A stretch of DNA of 49,024 bases, counting the filler, from Basidiobolus ranarum (taxonomy: Eukaryota): assembly GCA_040143965.1 (NCBI GenBank). It is 2 parts of 2 records of this genome, joined end to end, with 100 filler letters (N's around TTAATTAATTAA, not from the genome) between each part and the next. Parts side by side here need not be neighbours in the genome. Positions count along the whole stretch, not along the records: positions 1 to 24,485 come from JASJQH010000152.1; positions 24,586 to 49,024 come from JASJQH010000153.1. One strand, given 5' to 3'. Positions 16,703 to 28,127 of this stretch are shown here, piece after piece; the first letter of the stretch is position 1, and the number at the start of each line of letters is the position of its first letter. Below the pieces are notes generated by a model. That model did not search any database. It worked only from the letters and a program-made list of their open reading frames with translations, and was not told the DNA's origin. The position numbers and the translations under genes are program-made.

Positions 16703-17345
16703 CTTTCGCTCGTCGTAAATTATGGAAAAGAAAAGCAACATAAGAGCCTGGAATGTTTATTCACTATATCGTAGATTATATACTCACCTTTACCTTCACC
16801 CTCCCTTTCTCGCATTGCTTTCTTAACTGCATTTACATACTTTCCCCTTATTCACCTTCGTAATATTTTCACTTTTCTCTTGTATTCTTACTGTAAGTTT
16901 TAGCGTTGATCGCATTTGTGTTCGAATAAATACTTCGGCTACCAATATGTAACTATTAACCTGCCCGTTGTACAACGAATTGGTCGGAAGGATATACTAG
17001 TAAAGTAAATCAACCAGATGTAAAGACCAAGTTACTTTGGTACTATGGTTTTAATTAACATTTGCATAGACTACACCCAATATCACTGGGTTTTGAAGAA
17101 ACGAGAAAGAGACATATTTCACCTGATTCTCATGAACCTCTTCATTTTTGATTTATTTATATTTAACGATAAGGAATGAACATATTTTTCAATTTGTTTA
17201 CGATATTTAAGGGTAGAAATGCATTAAAAATTTAGTTATTATACCCAAGACAAAGGAAGAGTAAACAATAGTCATATGCGACTAGTACATTTGACCAAGG
17301 AAATAGCGCAGTTAAATTGGCGCTTGAAAAACTAGGATGAAAGAT

Positions 17346-17696
17346 TTAAGCCCAAAGGCTTCTAACGGCCATGATGATACAGGCTAGTGATACGTATGGA
17401 CTTAATCGTTCACCTACTCGTGCCGCTTTCCAAAAGAGCCCTAAGATACTATATAGTTTACCAAGTAAATTAGAGTCAGTAAAATAAAATTTGAACAAAG
17501 TTTCACAGCGGAAGAAACGTACCCATTCTTGTTACGATCAAGGACGTAAGGTGCTTGAGCTCGGATGTACGCACAAGTACAGATCAGTAGTAAAACTACC
17601 ATCAGTAAGCTTTGGAAGTTAAAGAGAGCTGACTGGAGTGTATGGGAAAACTTTTAGTAATGCATCAATTATTAATAGATGATTTATACATACCAT
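17346..17696 (-). CDS. KSH1: Protein Kish (TMEM167/Ksh1), 72 aa; exons 17696-17694 (ATG), 17632-17523, 17448-17346; absent from the ORF track
   Basis: [71 protein letters not shown]. Confidence 0.95.
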
Positions 17697-19513
17697 CGTT
17701 ATTTGAAATTGAAGAAAGGTCTCCTAGAGCGCTTGATGAAGCTAGTGACCATAAATATAGTATGTCATAAGAACTAATGAATTTAGGGTATCACCCTGGA
17801 TATTGGAAATTAGATCCAATACTAATCAATGCCTTTCTAACTCCGTAGCGCTAGTAGCTTTTGTTTAAATAGTATGAATATCTTTCTAAACGATAAATAT
17901 ATTCTGCCAAAAACATAATAATTCAGTGCTAGAGCAAGTAAAGGTGGTAATGGAACCGATAAAAAATGCAAATAATAGAGAGCGGCTAGACAAATTTAAG
18001 TAAAGCATTTCATTCTTTAGTGTCTCTCGTTGGCTTACCAATAGATTTGTGTATAAAAAGCGGTGTACTAAATTATCAAGGCTATTGACATTATAAAGCT
18101 GATGCTCTAGCGATTGTTTATCAAAATCCTCATTATGTATGACACAATCCTAAACATAAGACCCCTTCTTTGAACAATTCACTGCCTCAAACCATATTTA
18201 AGTGAGATTTTCCTTTGGGGCAGCACTAGGATGTCTAGTTAATGGTTAAGTCACCTTATCTACTGTAACTCATTGGGTAATTAATATCCAAAATCACCAG
18301 CACTTGATATATCTCAACCACCAGCCAACTCGAACACTTGATAAATACGTATTACATTGGAGGTGTTTGATCAGTGCCATGCATACGATGGCGAAGGATC
18401 ACTGCGATTAATGTACAGTTGAGGTTCAATCCTGCTGCAAGGTATCTAATACATTCGCTGATACAATATGGCTCATACAGGGATGATGTTGGATCTCCAT
18501 CGGAACAGTTCGACGAGAATTAAAGCTCGTCGTTTGAATGACACTACATAGTTAATTTACCCCAAATGGTATCCATATCATACAGTGACGTAAGTTAGCA
18601 AATGATATAAAGTTAGCTTTGTTTGCAGTGTTTAATAATTACACCCAGAGTAAAAATAGATCGCCATTGCATGAAGGAACACTGGAGCGCTAGAGTACCA
18701 ATCCTACAACACATCGGTAATATTTAGAATTGATACAAGGGCCACTCTAAAGTCGAGACAATCACATGCAATACAAAAATAGTCCTATCGCTAATAGAAT
18801 AGAGCGTTCATTAATTGTCGCCATTTGCACCTTAAAATAACCAACGGGACCGACACTTGGCCAATGGAATGGCCGATATATTAAATTTATGTATCTGGAG
18901 TGCCAACTCTCTTACTTTTCCACTTGACTATTCAATGCTAATCTGTAGGTAATCTGATACAAAGCGGTGTTGGAGAGAAATATGATGACAAAAATCCCAC
19001 TACTGCTAGATGTGCTAAGGCTTCGCACTATTTGAAACGAGCTCTATATAAAACCACCATACAGTAGGTGCAGATCAAGTAATTCAAGATGTACAAAATA
19101 TTTCAATGTAAACTAGAATGCCAAATACCTTGGTTAGACTGGCATTGTTTGAACATCACATCAATTATATCCGCTTCATACATTCGCCTTGTTTTTGCTA
19201 TTTTGACCCATTGCAATAAACATTCTAGTTCTATGCGTGGATCCGCAGATTACTGCAATTCGAAAGTCGGCGAATGTAATTCATTTTAATAAATTTTGAG
19301 TTGTAATAATAAAATCAGAGTGCGCCATAATATAAGCATGATCAGTTTATAGATAGAGACCTTTCAGTTGATATAAATACCCCTTTCCCCACTTACCGAA
19401 TTCGTCTACTCATTTATTCTTATTTTCATATAGAGCGATTCGACTGTACTCTCGCGCAAGTACTATACATAGATTTTGATCGACATACCAAGCTCCTCAC
19501 AACAATCGGAAAT

Positions 19514-20442
19514 ATGGAATTTCATACACTTCAAGCGCCTACATTGAATCTTCTTCCCTTAGAAGCAGGATTGCCTCATAACTCCAACTTTACCGAGAGT
19601 GATAGATCAGCACAGAATATCTTGAATGTATTCATTTCCTTGGTTCATTCTTTCCCCACGACCGAGATTTTTGATAGTCTCTTAACTTCTTTGTCAAATC
19701 ATTGCCGTGTGTTGTGGACCAAAGATCAAGAAACCACTGCGGGATTCGAAAAAGTGAAACGTAAAACACTAGTCCTAGACATGGACGAAACCCTCATTCA
19801 TAGCAGGTTACAGGAGGATGTGGATTCACCAGCTCCATTCAAGATTAATGTTCCTTTTGAAAATACCGACTGCATTTATTATGTCTACGATCGACCGCAC
19901 GTTTGCGAGTTTTTGGCCACTGTATGTATTAAATTTCTGGGTGGTTTTCGAGCTAGTTTAACATATTGTCATCGCATGATAGGTTGCTCAATGGTATGAC
20001 CTTGTCATATTCACAGCCTCGATATCTGATTATGCCGATCCTATAATAGACTGGTTAGAGAGAGAAGTGAAGGCTAAATATCCATCCTCGAACCCAGTAA
20101 TCAAGAGTCGATACTACCGCCAAGTAAGAGTAGATTTAGTCACTATGCTTCCCCCGGTCTATATTAATAACATTTACCTTCCAGCATTGTACTTATTACA
20201 ACGGCATTTTCACCAAAGATCTAACGCAGATCGAGTGTGACCTTCGGGATGTAGCTTTACTAGACAATTCAGAATTCTCGTTTCTAATTAATCCAGAGAA
20301 TGCTATTCCAATTAGAAGTTGGACTAACGATGATGAAAATGATCTCGCTCTACATGATCTTTTTGCTTTTTTGAATGCCCTTAGTCACGTAGAAGATGTA
20401 AGAAGTGTACTAAGGTCTCGCTCAACCAGTAGCGGTTATTAG
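19514..20442 (+). CDS. FCP1/SCP (NIF) family HAD phosphatase, Nem1/CTDNEP1-like; exons 19514-19921, 19983-20123, 20185-20442
   Basis: RKTLVLDMDETLIHS (DxDxT), RPHVCEFLATVAQWYDLVIFTAS, FTKDL, LLDNS, NPENAIPIRSW, C-terminal DVRSVL. Confidence 0.85.
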
Positions 20443-20730
20443 AAATATTCCACTGATTAGATTCAAATTTATATCCTTGTAAGCATCTCGATTTGACTCT
20501 GGTATACCATGTTAAATTATGCAATCACTAAGCTACTAGCTGCTTGACTATTGTAATAAACTCTATATCACCTAATATTGCACACTAGAATTACTAACGA
20601 CGCATGTCAGAGAAACATGGCTAAAACTCAAGTCACACAGCAGTAGTATTCTAAATATAAATGGTGACTACTAAATAGATTACATTAGTGTACAGCTATT
20701 TTTGAATATTTATTCCAGTTCACAGGTAAA

Positions 20731-21627
20731 TTAAATATCTGTAAGAATAGCGGGCTCTTTGAATTCTTTAGTTATTTTGGAACCAGAATCCTCGGAAGCA
20801 TCACCATGAAGCTCCATCAACTTACCAACATCAAATTTGGGGGCTTTGAGGATTTTGACTTTGTGAAGGTAGACGTTTTGAAGAGGATAGATGCCTTGAC
20901 AAGCTTTTTCAATCTCGCGGCCAATAACTTCAGGAATAAACTTTTGAACTAAAGACTTCAAGTCACATGTGCTGGCCTCACGGGTCATGATTTCGAACAT
21001 CTTCTTACGAATTTGACGAATTTGAGCGGATTGAGCATAAGTGGTTTTCTTAAGTTGGTTAGGTCTACGACGGGTGAAGCCAATAGAGAAAAGACGAAGA
21101 AGGTAACCATCAGTAGTCTTGACATCAACATGAGCTTCGATTAAAGATTGCCATTTCTTGACAAGGGATCTTAATTTGTCGGAGGTGAAGGTCATACCGT
21201 GGAAGTTGGTGAGGCAGTTTTTGCCTTGAACTTCATCAACTCTAAGTCGAATCTTACGGAATGACTGTTCCTCATCCTTATTCAAATCAGCGAGAGAGAC
21301 TTCTAACACACGACCTTTCAAGTAATCGGTGGCATTTTTCAAACCCTGAGTACGGTTAACAAGAGTCTTACCGACATTGCGAACTTCAAAAAGAGAAGGG
21401 GCTTTGATATCGTACCAATCCTTACGAGTGAAGGGATCAACACTAGAATAATATTAGTAATTGAACTCAATGGATGGATGCCTATCAACTCAAAAGATAC
21501 ATACATCTTCTTCTTCAATCCCTTCTTTCCCTTAGAGAGACGCCTAAATAGAGAAGTGGAGGGTAAGGATATAGAGCTTCGGAGGATTCTAACCACTACA
21601 TACTAACTTATTCTTTCCAACAGCCAT
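20731..21627 (-). CDS. RPS1: 40S ribosomal protein eS1 (S3a); exons 21627-21608, 21543-21505, 21442-20731
   Basis: [35 protein letters not shown]...[13 protein letters not shown]...CLTNFHGM. Confidence 0.97.
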
Positions 21628-21981
21628 ATTGAACTAGTCTGCACAGATATATAGCAAACGCAAAAGAAGTCGCAAGGTTTGATAGCGAAATCTATTAAAG
21701 GAACCCGAGAAATTTTTCGAATAAAATTTTGAAAATTCTCAGATGGATGAAAAAATTTCGAGATATTAAAAAGGGGGCCCAAAGATGACTTGTCTCCTAC
21801 GACGAGTTTGCTTTTGATTATGTGTTTATTTCTATACATATATATAGTAAGACGACACTAAGCCGAAACTTCAGTCTTCAAGGAGACGAAGCTCTATCTA
21901 CGTAACTAACATCACTTGAAAGACTATTCCAATAAAGTTTTTGCAAAGGGGAATTATAATGAGCCAAGTATATATAAAACT

Positions 21982-23125
21982 CTAATCACGATCTGATACT
22001 GTGATATTCGATTCACTCTCCACTCTGGAATCAATCGTATCTAATTCTGTACCAGAAGCGACACCATTTCCACTTCCTTCTTCCATCAACTGTGGATATG
22101 CGGGAGATAGAGTCTCAGTTATCCCATTTGAGGTTACAGAAGGTTGATAAACAGTTCCGTTGTATGTACACATGGCGCGTTCGTATCGTTGCTTGTCTTT
22201 AGCAGAAAGGTCATAGTATTTCTACAAATATGTAATTCGTGTTAGCTTAATGGATATTGTGTTGATTTCTACATAATATACCAAGACCTTTTTCTCGTCC
22301 ATAGTCATAACTTTCCACCTCTGACCAAGCATCTTAGTTAGCTCGCTTAAAGAAGCATCGTGATGAATTTCCTTCAGTTTGGATCTCTCTAATTGGCAAA
22401 AAACGAAAAAGGCATTCGACGGACGTTTGGGTGCATTGGGATCTTTTTCGGCTTTTTTAGATACAGGTTTTTCGACTTGCTCTATTTCGGACTGTGGATA
22501 CGAAAGCATCACACTTCATTAGTAAACTAAGCAATCACCTTCAACAATTAAAAACGAAGTAGCCTACCTCGACACTTTCAACTTCTGAATCATGATCGTT
22601 TGCTCCTTTAATATTTTCCAGTTTATCAAATAGCAAGCTGGTGTAACAAAAGTGCAATCTAAGTATCTGTATATTCTCGAAAGAAGATATAAAACAAGTG
22701 CACATACTTTCTCTCCACTTTAGTTCGACGTACGTTTTTTCTTACTCTACTGATTTTAACCACCAGCTCTTCATTAAACTAGAAACAGTCAAATATCAGT
22801 TCATACGTACTATCTAGTGGTTAGCTTGTAATAATTGCCATTCAAGGCACTTGCTTTTTCCAAACCTTTTCTATCTCGAGTACTCTCTTTTTGAGTTCCT
22901 TGTATTTTTTTTTGTACTTGATGTCTGGGAATGAAATAATCCAACAATTAGCTAATTTCACCAAGTTGATTAAAATGTAAAATCTGTGTACCGTCTGAAG
23001 GTGCTTCAGTCTTGGAGACTTGCAAATATTTTGACTACAAGTAGTTCAAATAAAATGGTTTATATATTTGTAGAACAAGACAGATATTAATTCGAATAAA
23101 TAGAAGCGAATACCTTGGATGCCAT
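21982..23125 (-). CDS. NHP10: HMG-box INO80 complex subunit Nhp10, about 7 small exons (boundaries approximate)
   Basis: N-terminal coiled coil KYKKKYKELKKRVLEIEKFNEELVVKISRVRKNVRRTKVERNLLFDKLE followed by HMG box KDPNAPKRPSNAFFVFCQLER...LGQRWK. Confidence 0.8.
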
Positions 23126-24485
23126 AGAGTGAAATCGTGTTAAAGTTTACTAAAAAGCTGGAGGGACGCGTATGATGAACCTTGACTACTTTATTTGTAA
23201 TTGTTTGTAAATGATATCCAGTAAAAAATGCGAAATGAGCATCATATCTAGTTCGCGGCAGTTCTATGCCACCTGATCACCACATCCCTACTGAATATGC
23301 AGTTTACCTAGATTTTCATATACTTCAGCGATATTAAATGTTATCAGTCTCCATCATTTCCAACTTCAAATTATATCGAATCATTAAAACTAAACCGTCC
23401 TTTTGTTCACAGGAAGTTAATTTAGTTTTCTGGTAAATTTATTTTACAAGGGATCTCTCAGTTTCTACTAAGGCTGTTGATTAGCCTAAAGGAAATGACC
23501 ATAATAGACTAGTTAAAATGTAATTCTAGCTAAAAGAGTTATAAAGGTTCAGAACGTTGAACAGGTAAATAGTATTCATATATACTGAGAATATGATAAG
23601 GCATATGAATAACTTTAGTGTATTCAAGAAGCAATTATGTCCATCTTTGCTTCGAGCTTTGGTGATATCAATCACTTAAGAAAAGCCAAATTTTAACTTA
23701 CTATCACTTTTAGTCGTCTTGGTGCTTTTAAATGTTGCCTGACCAATTTCTTATGAATCGTCAATTGGATGAGTAATCATATAGACTTGGATGTAGCCGC
23801 AATTCTCAATACATGCATGCCTTTTTGAGTATATGGTGCCTATAAGACTAAGCGCTGGGCTGTTTAAAGTCAACTCTGAATAAATAAATATATCCTGTGA
23901 AAATGACAAGCACCTCTAAATTAGAGGTAAAAATGGAGTTTTAGTAAGGAGTAAGGAAGGGGGTTAAATAATACATGAAACCAGGCAATGGTGAACTTGG
24001 CATATGGATTTAGTAACTAGAATATGTAATTGTCCTATATTCCGAACCTTATTTTGATTGAACTGGATAAGACATTTCAACCAAATCTTTGCCTTCTTTG
24101 AAGTGGCCATTATTTCAAATACCTCAATGTACGGGGCATTATTGTTCGGCATAAGTTGCGTGTAAACTACAGCCCGTGCATCATTGATAAATTAAAACTT
24201 CATCCGCATGAGGTGTTGTTACCCATAAGTTCGATAAATAAATCAATATAATCAATACAGAATGAAAAGTGATGGTAAAGCATGAAGTCAAATAAAAGCT
24301 TATACATAAATAGGATGGAAATATCCCCCACAGAGCAGATAAATAACATCCAAACCCATAAGTACAAGGAAGATAACTTTCTTATATAAGGCTTTAAACA
24401 TTATGAACTGAGTAAAACCGTTAAATTAGTGTTTAGAGTTAATTAAATATTCAGAACATATGACTTCGCTCGCTAGACCAATTTC

Positions 24486-24585
24486 NNNNNNNNNNNNNNN
24501 NNNNNNNNNNNNNNNNNNNNNNNNNNNNNTTAATTAATTAANNNNNNNNNNNNNNNNNNNNNNNNNNNNNNNNNNNNNNNNNNNN
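24486..24585. other. Artificial contig spacer: 44 N + TTAATTAATTAA + 44 N
   Basis: Symmetric 100-nt linker whose core gives stop codons in all six frames. Confidence 0.97.
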
Positions 24586-25231
24586 AAGTATTTGGGAGCC
24601 TGTTGGAAGTGGTTTGGAGAATTAGAGGAATTGGTGGTTTTCACTTATTGATTTATTGAGTAGAAAGTTGACATTTATAGTTTTGTCAAGATATAAGCAG
24701 ACTAATGTGTAGGATATGTTAAGGAAAGTTTCAGGAACATGTGTGCAAATTTTGGAGCTTCTTGCATAAGTTTGAAAAATCAATATATCTGAGAACTTCT
24801 AAGTTGGTATCAATATTGTAAGTAAATTTCTTATGAGATTAATGAATAATATCTTGGTGAATTATAAGATAGCTAAGTACTAAGCTATATATGACTATAT
24901 AGGTGTTTAGGCAAAGCTAATTTCAACAATACCTTAGTACTTAGTAATCTTTTATTTCACCAAGATATTACCCATTATTCATTTGAAGAATTTACTTAGA
25001 ATATTTTTTACCAATGTAGAAGTTCTCAGATGTATTGACTTTCAAACTTGTGCTAGAAGCCCCAAACTTTGCACACATGTTCCTGAAACTTTCCTTAACG
25101 CATCCTACACGTTAGTCTGCTTACATCTTGACAAAACTTTAAATGTCTACTTACAACTCAATAAATCAATAAGTGAAAACCACCAATTTCTCTAATTCTC
25201 CAAACCACTTCCAACAGGCTCCCAAATACTT
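24586..25231. mobile_element. Long imperfect inverted repeat (foldback/MITE-like non-autonomous element): arms ~24586-24884 and ~24933-25231, ~48-nt spacer; left arm cut by the contig end
   Basis: AAGTATTTGGGAGCCTGTTGGAAG... is the reverse complement of ...CTTCCAACAGGCTCCCAAATACTT; about 88% arm identity by manual count; no credible coding capacity. Confidence 0.75.
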
Positions 25232-26644
25232 TAGCAAGGTTATCATAATTTTTTCCATAAGCTTACAGAAAAATTAGGTTAAAATATCAGTAATTATATC
25301 TTCAGCTGGGTGATACTCTAGCTGAACATGCTAGTTCTCAATGGCTTCCCTACAAAGTGATGTAATATATTAATGTGCTTCTAGGTCAAGATTTCAGATA
25401 TTTGGCTAAAGAAATTCAACTATGATTGACTTGAAATTATAGTCAGTAAATTTTGAGATATACCAAAGTTCTTAATATGGTTCCTTGATTTTAGGGGTTC
25501 CTGAGTTGCATGTCAAATGGCCGTTATCTTGGTTTCAGTTTTAGAAAGTGCTATAGTTAGAGTAATGAAAATTTTAACATCAAAATATGATAGCTATCAT
25601 GATATAGTATAGTCCATGATCTTATACTTATTGGAGAATGTTGGAATCTCAGTGCGCACCATATGTAGGTACTGGCTAAATGATGGGTCAGAATATATAC
25701 AGGTATATAAAGACTTGTGGCTCAATGATTATAGTAATAAATCAAAGTAGCTGAGGGCTGAGGTCTAGCTACGGGCCTGACCAAAATTCTCCTCAATATG
25801 CATTAAATTGAATAATTTCCAAATATTCCTAATTGGGACGATTTATATACACTATTACGTGTTAGTTGTATACTTTTTACATAACGCTAACACAAAATTC
25901 AAGTATCTTGATCTACTTCATGGTATATATGCTGCTTATTTTTTTTGCTTCGGCGGATATTAAAAACACTTAAAAGGGTAATCGCCATTCGCACTGATAT
26001 AATAAGCACTAATATATATTGCATTATTGGAATCACTAAGGGACCACTGCAACCGAACTCACAGAGTATGGTTGTTCGGAATTCCAGACAGGAAAGATTA
26101 TTTTTCAATATACCAAGTATCTTATGGTCTGGCAACTTCTCACTGTTGTAAATCCAAATAAGCAATGAAAGGTAGATTGTGGAATGATTTAATTGACCCA
26201 TTTGGAAGAACCCACGGAGTAGGCTATACTACACTAAATTTGGATACTCCAGGCCTTATTCTTAAGGAGAAAAATGAGTTTGTGTATCCAGGTTTCGATG
26301 GTAAAGCAGATACATAGAAGACGCGTTCTAAATGAACATAAACTCTTCCACCTCACATTTACCCAAATTTTCTTTTATTAATTTGAGAAAATCTTCAAAA
26401 TCCCCGAAAATATTCCATTTGACCATTTCTAGAATATTAGGTTGAATAGAATACTATATAGATGGTTTGATTTAACCTATCAATTGAATCTTCATTATCA
26501 ATACTCCAGCGAATCAAGTAGCAAATTAAAGTCACACTGGAAGTTATTCATTTACCCAATTTTAATTTACATGGGAGAATTCATGTGATTTATTGTCAAC
26601 AACAAGCTATTAGAATATGTACATTAAGATGATTTGCATGCCCA

Positions 26645-27475
26645 TTACAAGCGATAGTCCCTAGGGTGAATCCAATTTCTAGCTTCCATAGTCTTTGGTG
26701 GCAGATTGGTTACATAGAGGTTATCATGATGTGAAAATGGTTGAAATGGTAGTGTGCGAAGCGGAGGAAGTTGGAAAATTTGATTGTCTTCGTGTGGAAG
26801 ACTGTTCTCACTATCTGTGGGAGAGGATGGGTCGGAGGATCGACGTACGGTGGGTGGGTAACATGGAGAAAGACGAGGGATTTCAATACGGGGGAGCGGA
26901 TGGTCCTTGAACGCCTTTAAGGAAGGCAGCGTTATGATCTCACTAGGTGTTTGTGACGAGAAAGCCGGAGCAGAGAGAAAATGCTCGGGTGACTCACTTG
27001 CAGGCGGTGTTACAGGTGGAGAACCACGTGGAAGATTAGGTAGACCGTGGATCGTTTCAGGGTAAGTAGTGGGTTCATAATGCCATGAGATTTGGGCTGG
27101 TTTTGGAAGTTTATAATTCAACTTCAACACCGTATAATCCCGCTTTCTTTTTCTGTCTTTCTTTTCGTCATCACTTTGAGGATCTCGAGGGACGATAAGT
27201 GGCTCCAATTTCTTCTTTTTAAGTGCTTGACGTCTATTCTGAAACCAGATCTGGATGGTTCTAGGGTTCATCTCCAACTCTAAGGCTAGCTTCTCTTTGG
27301 CAGCAGTATTTGGACGTTTGTTCGTTTGGAAGAATTCATCTAGGGCAGTCAACTGCTCTTTGCTTGTTCTGCGACGTAATTTTCGCTTGGGCTTCGATGG
27401 TTTGAGAAGGGAGAACTCCTCAGCTTTGGTGTTAACCCAAGCGTTGGTCAAGGTAGTATTATCAGGTGTAGACAT
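26645..27475 (-). CDS. Homeodomain transcription factor, Yox1/Yhp1-like, intronless
   Basis: RKLRRRTSKEQLTALDEFFQTNKRPNTAAKEKLALELEMNPRTIQIWFQNRRQALKK; TATAAATA about 40 nt upstream of the ATG. Confidence 0.88.
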   Translation of the reverse strand: MSTPDNTTLTNAWVNTKAEEFSLLKPSKPKRKLRRRTSKEQLTALDEFFQTNKRPNTAAKEKLALELEMNPRTIQIWFQNRRQALKKKKLEPLIVPRDPQSDDEKKDRKRKRDYTVLKLNYKLPKPAQISWHYEPTTYPETIHGLPNLPRGSPPVTPPASESPEHFLSAPAFSSQTPSEIITLPSLKAFKDHPLPRIEIPRLSPCYPPTVRRSSDPSSPTDSENSLPHEDNQIFQLPPLRTLPFQPFSHHDNLYVTNLPPKTMEARNWIHPRDYRL

Positions 27476-28127
27476 GTTAAGAAAACTTAAGGTAAATACA
27501 GAACGGGACGTGCCTATTTATAAGCGCAAAAGTGCATCTCCAGAATTGTCGTAGTGCTTGATTTGTACATCTTTAGGATTCAAGTGGAAGAATCCATTTG
27601 AAAGGTTCGAACTGGGTTAGGGACAGGTTAAGTACTAATACAATCGAATTTGGTAGTCAATAACTCTAATTCAGTTACCGTTGCAAGGTTTGGATTCGGT
27701 TCGGTGTATAAAAGGTGTGTAGTAATTTAGAGTAGAATATTTTCCCTGCTTTGTCCGCTCTCTAGAATTACAGCTCTGTGGAGCCAATTTAATCTAACCA
27801 AATCTCTGCTAATCTGGTCCGATTTGGCAGTTATTAGGGATGATTTGAAGATACGTTCCACGCTCTTCGAGGGAATACCTTAGCCAAACTGGCGGATTTA
27901 AGGTTAAGCAGGAATGAAAGGAATGGAAAATATAAGACCAAAAAGGGTTGATATGCGATTTATTTAAGTCATCGGAAGTGAGAGGGAGACTTTGTGACAC
28001 ATTCTTGAACTAGATTGTGTTGGGAGGAGGTTGATAGATCGCTCTAGGATTGAAGATAGTAGGGATATATGTGATGGCTAGACAATAGATAAATATACAA
28101 GTAAAATCAATTTACAAATCACATCAA

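Noticed and set aside
18481-18532. ATGATG plus 7-bp hairpin CGACGAG/CTCGTCG, as a possible C/D snoRNA or Helitron end
   Set aside because: No properly placed D box (CTGA) and no CTRR terminus
23166-23171. Isolated ACGCGT (MCB-like) sites near NHP10 and the 7TM-RGS gene
   Set aside because: Single 6-mers, not clustered; too weak to call
23964-24400. Hydrophobic-looking broken reading frames at the end of the left contig
   Set aside because: Multiple stops, no consistent splice model and no recognisable family
24530-24541. TTAATTAATTAA palindrome inside the N run
   Set aside because: Synthetic six-frame-stop linker, not biological
25899-26201. 100-aa minus-strand ORF next to the foldback element, as a possible transposase remnant
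   Set aside because: No DDE, HTH or other recognisable motif
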